Below are positions 32,301-45,973 of a stretch of DNA of 45,973 nt, one piece after another. Under the pieces are notes generated by a model that saw only the letters and a list, made by a program, of their open reading frames with translations, was not told where the DNA came from and searched no databases. This DNA comes from Hydrurus foetidus (lineage: Eukaryota): NCBI GenBank assembly GCA_900617105.1, contig UYFQ01000654.1, positions 1-45,973 on the forward strand, in the 5' to 3' direction. The position numbers and the translations under genes were made by a program. Within the stretch, counting starts at the first letter, position 1. The number at the start of each line of letters is the position of its first letter.

Positions 32301-35300
32301 CGAATTAATGACATGACATGACATGAAAATGTTGTGTAGAATATTTTTCACTTGGAAAGTGCATGAAAAATTACGATATGTATGTATTATGACATATTAT
32401 AGAGACGCAGAGGTGAACGACAGTATTGCTGAATTATATCGAATTAATGACATGACATGACATGAAAATGTTGTGTAGAATATTTTTCACTTGGAAAGTG
32501 CATGAAAAATTACGATATGTATGTATTATGACATATTATAGAGACGCAGAGGTGAACGACAGTATTGCTGAATTATATCGAATTAATGACATGACATGAC
32601 ATGAAAATGTTGTGTAGAATATTTTTCACTTGGAAAGTGCATGAAAAATTACGATATGTATGTATTATGACATATTATAGAGACGCAGAGGTGAACGACA
32701 GTATTGCTGAATTATATCGAATTAATGACATGACATGACATGAAAATGTTGTGTAGAATATTTTTCACTTGGAAAGTGCATGAAAAATTACGATATGTAT
32801 GTATTATGACATATTATAGAGACGCAGAGGTGAACGACAGTATTGCTGAATTATATCGAATTAATGACATGACATGACATGAAAATGTTGTGTAGAATAT
32901 TTTTCACTTGGAAAGTGCATGAAAAATTACGATATGTATGTATTATGACATATTATAGAGACGCAGAGGTGAACGACAGTATTGCTGAATTATATCGAAT
33001 TAATGACATGACATGACATGAAAATGTTGTGTAGAATATTTTTCACTTGGAAAGTGCATGAAAAATTACGATATGTATGTATTATGACATATTATAGAGA
33101 CGCAGAGGTGAACGACAGTATTGCTGAATTATATCGAATTAATGACATGACATGACATGAAAATGTTGTGTAGAATATTTTTCACTTGGAAAGTGCATGA
33201 AAAATTACGATATGTATGTATTATGACATATTATAGAGACGCAGAGGTGAACGACAGTATTGCTGAATTATATCGAATTAATGACATGACATGACATGAA
33301 AATGTTGTGTAGAATATTTTTCACTTGGAAAGTGCATGAAAAATTACGATATGTATGTATTATGACATATTATAGAGACGCAGAGGTGAACGACAGTATT
33401 GCTGAATTATATCGAATTAATGACATGACATGACATGAAAATGTTGTGTAGAATATTTTTCACTTGGAAAGTGCATGAAAAATTACGATATGTATGTATT
33501 ATGACATATTATAGAGACGCAGAGGTGAACGACAGTATTGCTGAATTATATCGAATTAATGACATGACATGACATGAAAATGTTGTGTAGAATATTTTTC
33601 ACTTGGAAAGTGCATGAAAAATTACGATATGTATGTATTATGACATATTATAGAGACGCAGAGGTGAACGACAGTATTGCTGAATTATATCGAATTAATG
33701 ACATGACATGACATGAAAATGTTGTGTAGAATATTTTTCACTTGGAAAGTGCATGAAAAATTACGATATGTATGTATTATGACATATTATAGAGACGCAG
33801 AGGTGAACGACAGTATTGCTGAATTATATCGAATTAATGACATGACATGACATGAAAATGTTGTGTAGAATATTTTTCACTTGGAAAGTGCATGAAAAAT
33901 TACGATATGTATGTATTATGACATATTATAGAGACGCAGAGGTGAACGACAGTATTGCTGAATTATATCGAATTAATGACATGACATGACATGAAAATGT
34001 TGTGTAGAATATTTTTCACTTGGAAAGTGCATGAAAAATTACGATATGTATGTATTATGACATATTATAGAGACGCAGAGGTGAACGACAGTATTGCTGA
34101 ATTATATCGAATTAATGACATGACATGACATGAAAATGTTGTGTAGAATATTTTTCACTTGGAAAGTGCATGAAAAATTACGATATGTATGTATTATGAC
34201 ATATTATAGAGACGCAGAGGTGAACGACAGTATTGCTGAATTATATCGAATTAATGACATGACATGACATGAAAATGTTGTGTAGAATATTTTTCACTTG
34301 GAAAGTGCATGAAAAATTACGATATGTATGTATTATGACATATTATAGAGACGCAGAGGTGAACGACAGTATTGCTGAATTATATCGAATTAATGACATG
34401 ACATGACATGAAAATGTTGTGTAGAATATTTTTCACTTGGAAAGTGCATGAAAAATTACGATATGTATGTATTATGACATATTATAGAGACGCAGAGGTG
34501 AACGACAGTATTGCTGAATTATATCGAATTAATGACATGACATGACATGAAAATGTTGTGTAGAATATTTTTCACTTGGAAAGTGCATGAAAAATTACGA
34601 TATGTATGTATTATGACATATTATAGAGACGCAGAGGTGAACGACAGTATTGCTGAATTATATCGAATTAATGACATGACATGACATGAAAATGTTGTGT
34701 AGAATATTTTTCACTTGGAAAGTGCATGAAAAATTACGATATGTATGTATTATGACATATTATAGAGACGCAGAGGTGAACGACAGTATTGCTGAATTAT
34801 ATCGAATTAATGACATGACATGACATGAAAATGTTGTGTAGAATATTTTTCACTTGGAAAGTGCATGAAAAATTACGATATGTATGTATTATGACATATT
34901 ATAGAGACGCAGAGGTGAACGACAGTATTGCTGAATTATATCGAATTAATGACATGACATGACATGAAAATGTTGTGTAGAATATTTTTCACTTGGAAAG
35001 TGCATGAAAAATTACGATATGTATGTATTATGACATATTATAGAGACGCAGAGGTGAACGACAGTATTGCTGAATTATATCGAATTAATGACATGACATG
35101 ACATGAAAATGTTGTGTAGAATATTTTTCACTTGGAAAGTGCATGAAAAATTACGATATGTATGTATTATGACATATTATAGAGACGCAGAGGTGAACGA
35201 CAGTATTGCTGAATTATATCGAATTAATGACATGACATGACATGAAAATGTTGTGTAGAATATTTTTCACTTGGAAAGTGCATGAAAAATTACGATATGT

Positions 35301-38300
35301 ATGTATTATGACATATTATAGAGACGCAGAGGTGAACGACAGTATTGCTGAATTATATCGAATTAATGACATGACATGACATGAAAATGTTGTGTAGAAT
35401 ATTTTTCACTTGGAAAGTGCATGAAAAATTACGATATGTATGTATTATGACATATTATAGAGACGCAGAGGTGAACGACAGTATTGCTGAATTATATCGA
35501 ATTAATGACATGACATGACATGAAAATGTTGTGTAGAATATTTTTCACTTGGAAAGTGCATGAAAAATTACGATATGTATGTATTATGACATATTATAGA
35601 GACGCAGAGGTGAACGACAGTATTGCTGAATTATATCGAATTAATGACATGACATGACATGAAAATGTTGTGTAGAATATTTTTCACTTGGAAAGTGCAT
35701 GAAAAATTACGATATGTATGTATTATGACATATTATAGAGACGCAGAGGTGAACGACAGTATTGCTGAATTATATCGAATTAATGACATGACATGACATG
35801 AAAATGTTGTGTAGAATATTTTTCACTTGGAAAGTGCATGAAAAATTACGATATGTATGTATTATGACATATTATAGAGACGCAGAGGTGAACGACAGTA
35901 TTGCTGAATTATATCGAATTAATGACATGACATGACATGAAAATGTTGTGTAGAATATTTTTCACTTGGAAAGTGCATGAAAAATTACGATATGTATGTA
36001 TTATGACATATTATAGAGACGCAGAGGTGAACGACAGTATTGCTGAATTATATCGAATTAATGACATGACATGACATGAAAATGTTGTGTAGAATATTTT
36101 TCACTTGGAAAGTGCATGAAAAATTACGATATGTATGTATTATGACATATTATAGAGACGCAGAGGTGAACGACAGTATTGCTGAATTATATCGAATTAA
36201 TGACATGACATGACATGAAAATGTTGTGTAGAATATTTTTCACTTGGAAAGTGCATGAAAAATTACGATATGTATGTATTATGACATATTATAGAGACGC
36301 AGAGGTGAACGACAGTATTGCTGAATTATATCGAATTAATGACATGACATGACATGAAAATGTTGTGTAGAATATTTTTCACTTGGAAAGTGCATGAAAA
36401 ATTACGATATGTATGTATTATGACATATTATAGAGACGCAGAGGTGAACGACAGTATTGCTGAATTATATCGAATTAATGACATGACATGACATGAAAAT
36501 GTTGTGTAGAATATTTTTCACTTGGAAAGTGCATGAAAAATTACGATATGTATGTATTATGACATATTATAGAGACGCAGAGGTGAACGACAGTATTGCT
36601 GAATTATATCGAATTAATGACATGACATGACATGAAAATGTTGTGTAGAATATTTTTCACTTGGAAAGTGCATGAAAAATTACGATATGTATGTATTATG
36701 ACATATTATAGAGACGCAGAGGTGAACGACAGTATTGCTGAATTATATCGAATTAATGACATGACATGACATGAAAATGTTGTGTAGAATATTTTTCACT
36801 TGGAAAGTGCATGAAAAATTACGATATGTATGTATTATGACATATTATAGAGACGCAGAGGTGAACGACAGTATTGCTGAATTATATCGAATTAATGACA
36901 TGACATGACATGAAAATGTTGTGTAGAATATTTTTCACTTGGAAAGTGCATGAAAAATTACGATATGTATGTATTATGACATATTATAGAGACGCAGAGG
37001 TGAACGACAGTATTGCTGAATTATATCGAATTAATGACATGACATGACATGAAAATGTTGTGTAGAATATTTTTCACTTGGAAAGTGCATGAAAAATTAC
37101 GATATGTATGTATTATGACATATTATAGAGACGCAGAGGTGAACGACAGTATTGCTGAATTATATCGAATTAATGACATGACATGACATGAAAATGTTGT
37201 GTAGAATATTTTTCACTTGGAAAGTGCATGAAAAATTACGATATGTATGTATTATGACATATTATAGAGACGCAGAGGTGAACGACAGTATTGCTGAATT
37301 ATATCGAATTAATGACATGACATGACATGAAAATGTTGTGTAGAATATTTTTCACTTGGAAAGTGCATGAAAAATTACGATATGTATGTATTATGACATA
37401 TTATAGAGACGCAGAGGTGAACGACAGTATTGCTGAATTATATCGAATTAATGACATGACATGACATGAAAATGTTGTGTAGAATATTTTTCACTTGGAA
37501 AGTGCATGAAAAATTACGATATGTATGTATTATGACATATTATAGAGACGCAGAGGTGAACGACAGTATTGCTGAATTATATCGAATTAATGACATGACA
37601 TGACATGAAAATGTTGTGTAGAATATTTTTCACTTGGAAAGTGCATGAAAAATTACGATATGTATGTATTATGACATATTATAGAGACGCAGAGGTGAAC
37701 GACAGTATTGCTGAATTATATCGAATTAATGACATGACATGACATGAAAATGTTGTGTAGAATATTTTTCACTTGGAAAGTGCATGAAAAATTACGATAT
37801 GTATGTATTATGACATATTATAGAGACGCAGAGGTGAACGACAGTATTGCTGAATTATATCGAATTAATGACATGACATGACATGAAAATGTTGTGTAGA
37901 ATATTTTTCACTTGGAAAGTGCATGAAAAATTACGATATGTATGTATTATGACATATTATAGAGACGCAGAGGTGAACGACAGTATTGCTGAATTATATC
38001 GAATTAATGACATGACATGACATGAAAATGTTGTGTAGAATATTTTTCACTTGGAAAGTGCATGAAAAATTACGATATGTATGTATTATGACATATTATA
38101 GAGACGCAGAGGTGAACGACAGTATTGCTGAATTATATCGAATTAATGACATGACATGACATGAAAATGTTGTGTAGAATATTTTTCACTTGGAAAGTGC
38201 ATGAAAAATTACGATATGTATGTATTATGACATATTATAGAGACGCAGAGGTGAACGACAGTATTGCTGAATTATATCGAATTAATGACATGACATGACA

Positions 38301-41300
38301 TGAAAATGTTGTGTAGAATATTTTTCACTTGGAAAGTGCATGAAAAATTACGATATGTATGTATTATGACATATTATAGAGACGCAGAGGTGAACGACAG
38401 TATTGCTGAATTATATCGAATTAATGACATGACATGACATGAAAATGTTGTGTAGAATATTTTTCACTTGGAAAGTGCATGAAAAATTACGATATGTATG
38501 TATTATGACATATTATAGAGACGCAGAGGTGAACGACAGTATTGCTGAATTATATCGAATTAATGACATGACATGACATGAAAATGTTGTGTAGAATATT
38601 TTTCACTTGGAAAGTGCATGAAAAATTACGATATGTATGTATTATGACATATTATAGAGACGCAGAGGTGAACGACAGTATTGCTGAATTATATCGAATT
38701 AATGACATGACATGACATGAAAATGTTGTGTAGAATATTTTTCACTTGGAAAGTGCATGAAAAATTACGATATGTATGTATTATGACATATTATAGAGAC
38801 GCAGAGGTGAACGACAGTATTGCTGAATTATATCGAATTAATGACATGACATGACATGAAAATGTTGTGTAGAATATTTTTCACTTGGAAAGTGCATGAA
38901 AAATTACGATATGTATGTATTATGACATATTATAGAGACGCAGAGGTGAACGACAGTATTGCTGAATTATATCGAATTAATGACATGACATGACATGAAA
39001 ATGTTGTGTAGAATATTTTTCACTTGGAAAGTGCATGAAAAATTACGATATGTATGTATTATGACATATTATAGAGACGCAGAGGTGAACGACAGTATTG
39101 CTGAATTATATCGAATTAATGACATGACATGACATGAAAATGTTGTGTAGAATATTTTTCACTTGGAAAGTGCATGAAAAATTACGATATGTATGTATTA
39201 TGACATATTATAGAGACGCAGAGGTGAACGACAGTATTGCTGAATTATATCGAATTAATGACATGACATGACATGAAAATGTTGTGTAGAATATTTTTCA
39301 CTTGGAAAGTGCATGAAAAATTACGATATGTATGTATTATGACATATTATAGAGACGCAGAGGTGAACGACAGTATTGCTGAATTATATCGAATTAATGA
39401 CATGACATGACATGAAAATGTTGTGTAGAATATTTTTCACTTGGAAAGTGCATGAAAAATTACGATATGTATGTATTATGACATATTATAGAGACGCAGA
39501 GGTGAACGACAGTATTGCTGAATTATATCGAATTAATGACATGACATGACATGAAAATGTTGTGTAGAATATTTTTCACTTGGAAAGTGCATGAAAAATT
39601 ACGATATGTATGTATTATGACATATTATAGAGACGCAGAGGTGAACGACAGTATTGCTGAATTATATCGAATTAATGACATGACATGACATGAAAATGTT
39701 GTGTAGAATATTTTTCACTTGGAAAGTGCATGAAAAATTACGATATGTATGTATTATGACATATTATAGAGACGCAGAGGTGAACGACAGTATTGCTGAA
39801 TTATATCGAATTAATGACATGACATGACATGAAAATGTTGTGTAGAATATTTTTCACTTGGAAAGTGCATGAAAAATTACGATATGTATGTATTATGACA
39901 TATTATAGAGACGCAGAGGTGAACGACAGTATTGCTGAATTATATCGAATTAATGACATGACATGACATGAAAATGTTGTGTAGAATATTTTTCACTTGG
40001 AAAGTGCATGAAAAATTACGATATGTATGTATTATGACATATTATAGAGACGCAGAGGTGAACGACAGTATTGCTGAATTATATCGAATTAATGACATGA
40101 CATGACATGAAAATGTTGTGTAGAATATTTTTCACTTGGAAAGTGCATGAAAAATTACGATATGTATGTATTATGACATATTATAGAGACGCAGAGGTGA
40201 ACGACAGTATTGCTGAATTATATCGAATTAATGACATGACATGACATGAAAATGTTGTGTAGAATATTTTTCACTTGGAAAGTGCATGAAAAATTACGAT
40301 ATGTATGTATTATGACATATTATAGAGACGCAGAGGTGAACGACAGTATTGCTGAATTATATCGAATTAATGACATGACATGACATGAAAATGTTGTGTA
40401 GAATATTTTTCACTTGGAAAGTGCATGAAAAATTACGATATGTATGTATTATGACATATTATAGAGACGCAGAGGTGAACGACAGTATTGCTGAATTATA
40501 TCGAATTAATGACATGACATGACATGAAAATGTTGTGTAGAATATTTTTCACTTGGAAAGTGCATGAAAAATTACGATATGTATGTATTATGACATATTA
40601 TAGAGACGCAGAGGTGAACGACAGTATTGCTGAATTATATCGAATTAATGACATGACATGACATGAAAATGTTGTGTAGAATATTTTTCACTTGGAAAGT
40701 GCATGAAAAATTACGATATGTATGTATTATGACATATTATAGAGACGCAGAGGTGAACGACAGTATTGCTGAATTATATCGAATTAATGACATGACATGA
40801 CATGAAAATGTTGTGTAGAATATTTTTCACTTGGAAAGTGCATGAAAAATTACGATATGTATGTATTATGACATATTATAGAGACGCAGAGGTGAACGAC
40901 AGTATTGCTGAATTATATCGAATTAATGACATGACATGACATGAAAATGTTGTGTAGAATATTTTTCACTTGGAAAGTGCATGAAAAATTACGATATGTA
41001 TGTATTATGACATATTATAGAGACGCAGAGGTGAACGACAGTATTGCTGAATTATATCGAATTAATGACATGACATGACATGAAAATGTTGTGTAGAATA
41101 TTTTTCACTTGGAAAGTGCATGAAAAATTACGATATGTATGTATTATGACATATTATAGAGACGCAGAGGTGAACGACAGTATTGCTGAATTATATCGAA
41201 TTAATGACATGACATGACATGAAAATGTTGTGTAGAATATTTTTCACTTGGAAAGTGCATGAAAAATTACGATATGTATGTATTATGACATATTATAGAG

Positions 41301-44300
41301 ACGCAGAGGTGAACGACAGTATTGCTGAATTATATCGAATTAATGACATGACATGACATGAAAATGTTGTGTAGAATATTTTTCACTTGGAAAGTGCATG
41401 AAAAATTACGATATGTATGTATTATGACATATTATAGAGACGCAGAGGTGAACGACAGTATTGCTGAATTATATCGAATTAATGACATGACATGACATGA
41501 AAATGTTGTGTAGAATATTTTTCACTTGGAAAGTGCATGAAAAATTACGATATGTATGTATTATGACATATTATAGAGACGCAGAGGTGAACGACAGTAT
41601 TGCTGAATTATATCGAATTAATGACATGACATGACATGAAAATGTTGTGTAGAATATTTTTCACTTGGAAAGTGCATGAAAAATTACGATATGTATGTAT
41701 TATGACATATTATAGAGACGCAGAGGTGAACGACAGTATTGCTGAATTATATCGAATTAATGACATGACATGACATGAAAATGTTGTGTAGAATATTTTT
41801 CACTTGGAAAGTGCATGAAAAATTACGATATGTATGTATTATGACATATTATAGAGACGCAGAGGTGAACGACAGTATTGCTGAATTATATCGAATTAAT
41901 GACATGACATGACATGAAAATGTTGTGTAGAATATTTTTCACTTGGAAAGTGCATGAAAAATTACGATATGTATGTATTATGACATATTATAGAGACGCA
42001 GAGGTGAACGACAGTATTGCTGAATTATATCGAATTAATGACATGACATGACATGAAAATGTTGTGTAGAATATTTTTCACTTGGAAAGTGCATGAAAAA
42101 TTACGATATGTATGTATTATGACATATTATAGAGACGCAGAGGTGAACGACAGTATTGCTGAATTATATCGAATTAATGACATGACATGACATGACATGA
42201 AAATGTTGTGTAGAATATTTTTCACTTGGAAAGTGCATGAAAAATTACGATATGTATGTATTATGACATATTATAGAGACGCAGAGGTGAACGACAGTAT
42301 TGCTGAATTATATCGAATTAATGACATGACATGACATGAAAATGTTGTGTAGAATATTTTTCACTTGGAAAGTGCATGAAAAATTACGATATGTATGTAT
42401 TATGACATATTATAGAGACGCAGAGGTGAACGACAGTATTGCTGAATTATATCGAATTAATGACATGACATGACATGAAAATGTTGTGTAGAATATTTTT
42501 CACTTGGAAAGTGCATGAAAAATTACGATATGTATGTATTATGACATATTATAGAGACGCAGAGGTGAACGACAGTATTGCTGAATTATATCGAATTAAT
42601 GACATGACATGACATGACATGAAAATGTTGTGTAGAATATTTTTCACTTGGAAAGTGCATGAAAAATTACGATATGTATGTATTATGACATATTATAGAG
42701 ACGCAGAGGTGAACGACAGTATTGCTGAATTATATCGAATTAATGACATGACATGACATGAAAATGTTGTGTAGAATATTTTTCACTTGGAAAGTGCATG
42801 AAAAATTACGATATGTATGTATTATGACATATTATAGAGACGCAGAGGTGAACGACAGTATTGCTGAATTATATCGAATTAATGACATGACATGACATGA
42901 AAATGTTGTGTAGAATATTTTTCACTTGGAAAGTGCATGAAAAATTACGATATGTATGTATTATGACATATTATAGAGACGCAGAGGTGAACGACAGTAT
43001 TGCTGAATTATATCGAATTAATGACATGACATGACATGAAAATGTTGTGTAGAATATTTTTCACTTGGAAAGTGCATGAAAAATTACGATATGTATGTAT
43101 TATGACATATTATAGAGACGCAGAGGTGAACGACAGTATTGCTGAATTATATCGAATTAATGACATGACATGACATGAAAATGTTGTGTAGAATATTTTT
43201 CACTTGGAAAGTGCATGAAAAATTACGATATGTATGTATTATGACATATTATAGAGACGCAGAGGTGAACGACAGTATTGCTGAATTATATCGAATTAAT
43301 GACATGACATGACATGACATGAAAATGTTGTGTAGAATATTTTTCACTTGGAAAGTGCATGAAAAATTACGATATGTATGTATTATGACATATTATAGAG
43401 ACGCAGAGGTGAACGACAGTATTGCTGAATTATATCGAATTAATGACATGACATGACATGAAAATGTTGTGTAGAATATTTTTCACTTGGAAAGTGCATG
43501 AAAAATTACGATATGTATGTATTATGACATATTATAGAGACGCAGAGGTGAACGACAGTATTGCTGAATTATATCGAATTAATGACATGACATGACATGA
43601 AAATGTTGTGTAGAATATTTTTCACTTGGAAAGTGCATGAAAAATTACGATATGTATGTATTATGACATATTATAGAGACGCAGAGGTGAACGACAGTAT
43701 TGCTGAATTATATCGAATTAATGACATGACATGACATGAAAATGTTGTGTAGAATATTTTTCACTTGGAAAGTGCATGAAAAATTACGATATGTATGTAT
43801 TATGACATATTATAGAGACGCAGAGGTGAACGACAGTATTGCTGAATTATATCGAATTAATGACATGACATGACATGAAAATGTTGTGTAGAATATTTTT
43901 CACTTGGAAAGTGCATGAAAAATTACGATATGTATGTATTATGACATATTATAGAGACGCAGAGGTGAACGACAGTATTGCTGAATTATATCGAATTAAT
44001 GACATGACATGACATGAAAATGTTGTGTAGAATATTTTTCACTTGGAAAGTGCATGAAAAATTACGATATGTATGTATTATGACATATTATAGAGACGCA
44101 GAGGTGAACGACAGTATTGCTGAATTATATCGAATTAATGACATGACATGAAAATGTTGTGTAGAATATTTTTCACTTGGAAAGTGCATGAAAAATTACG
44201 ATATGTATGTATTATGACATATTATAGAGACGCAGAGGTGAACGACAGTATTGCTGAATTATATCGAATTAATGACATGACATGACATGAAAATGTTGTG

Positions 44301-45973
44301 TAGAATATTTTTCACTTGGAAAGTGCATGAAAAATTACGATATGTATGTATTATGACATATTATAGAGACGCAGAGGTGAACGACAGTATTGCTGAATTA
44401 TATCGAATTAATGACATGACATGACATGAAAATGTTGTGTAGAATATTTTTCACTTGGAAAGTGCATGAAAAATTACGATATGTATGTATTATGACATAT
44501 TATAGAGACGCAGAGGTGAACGACAGTATTGCTGAATTATATCGAATTAATGACATGACATGACATGAAAATGTTGTGTAGAATATTTTTCACTTGGAAA
44601 GTGCATGAAAAATTACGATATGTATGTATTATGACATATTATAGAGACGCAGAGGTGAACGACAGTATTGCTGAATTAAATATTATGACATGACATAAAT
44701 GACATGACATGACATGAAAATGTTGTGTAGAATATTTTTCACTTGGAAAGTGCATGAAAAATTACGATATGTATGTATTATGACATATTATAGAGACGCA
44801 GAGGTGAACGACAGTATTGCTGAATTATATCGAATTAATGACATGACATGACATGAAAATGTTGTGTAGAATATTTTTCACTTGGAAAGTGCATGAAAAA
44901 TTACGATATGTATGTATTATGACATATTATAGAGACGCAGAGGTGAACGACAGTATTGCTGAATTATATCGAATTAATGACATGACATGACATGAAAATG
45001 TTGTGTAGAATATTTTTCACTTGGAAAGTGCATGAAAAATTACGATATGTATGTATTATGACATATTATAGAGACGCAGAGGTGAACGACAGTATTGCTG
45101 AATTATATCGAATTAATGACATGACATGACATGAAAATGTTGTGTAGAATATTTTTCACTTGGAAAGTGCATGAAAAATTACGATATGTATGTATTATGA
45201 CATATTATAGAGACGCAGAGGTGAACGACAGTATTGCTGAATTATATCGAATTAATGACATGACATGACATGAAAATGTTGTGTAGAATATTTTTCACTT
45301 GGAAAGTGCATGAAAAATTACGATATGTATGTATTATGACATATTATAGAGACGCAGAGGTGAACGACAGTATTGCTGAATTATATCGAATTAATGACAT
45401 GACATGACATGAAAATGTTGTGTAGAATATTTTTCACTTGGAAAGTGCATGAAAAATTACGATATGTATGTATTATGACATATTATAGAGACGCAGAGGT
45501 GAACGACAGTATTGCTGAATTATATCAATGAATTGACATGACATGACATGAAAATGTTGTGTAGAATATTTTTCACTTGGAAAGTGCATGAAAAATTACG
45601 ATATGTATGTATTATGACATATTATAGAGACGCAGAGGTGAACGACAGTATTGCTGAATTATATCGAATTAATGACATGACATGTGACATGAAAATGTTG
45701 TGTAGAATATTTTTCACTTGGAAAGTGCATGAAAAATTACGATATGTATGTATTATGACATATTATAGAGACGCAGAGGTGAACGACAGTATTGCTGAAT
45801 TATATCGAATTAATGACATGACATGACATGAAAATGTTGTGTAGAATATTTTTCACTTGGAAAGTGCATGAAAAATTACGATATGTATGTATTATGACAT
45901 ATTATAGAAACGCAGAGGTGAACGACAGTATTACTGAATTATATCGAATTAATGACATGACATGACATGAAAA
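26345..45973. repeat. 139-bp tandem satellite, about 141 copies, ~31% GC, runs off the window end
   Basis: Unit (GACAT)3GAAAATGTTGTGTAGAATATTTTTCACTTGGAAAGTGCATGAAAAATTACG...CGAATTAAT; consecutive starts at 26611 and 26750; the printed line phase recurs after 8340 = 60 x 139 bp. Confidence 0.98.

Noticed and set aside
45548..45826. 92-aa ORF in the satellite
   Set aside because: It arises from a 2-bp insertion that puts two monomers in frame; no coding evidence.
26345..45973. CRISPR-like array
   Set aside because: Units are identical head to tail with no unique spacers, and there are no cas genes; it is a satellite.

Overview
Eukaryotic DNA with GT-AG introns; a stramenopile/algal origin is inferred from the Copia type and gene style, not proven. 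The first 26 kb holds four host genes (CDC50/LEM3 flippase subunit, HSL-type alpha/beta hydrolase, PX + EDR2-C/DUF1336 protein, Serinc-like membrane protein), two young full-length Ty1/Copia LTR retrotransposons of different families (301-6662 minus; 10569-16182 plus) and several non-autonomous TIR elements, five of them nested with Copia-2 in one divergent intergenic region (10548-18751). The last ~19.6 kb is a nearly homogeneous 139-bp satellite. Main finding: neither Copia has a tRNA primer-binding site. In both, the 10 nt directly after the 5' LTR are the exact reverse complement of a 10-mer inside their own LTR, 217 nt from the LTR start, with compensatory changes between the two families. 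This is the signature of Tf1-like self-priming reverse transcription, which I know only from Ty3/Gypsy elements. Second finding: Copia-1 has separate gag and pol ORFs that a predicted 134-nt GT-AG intron would join in frame.
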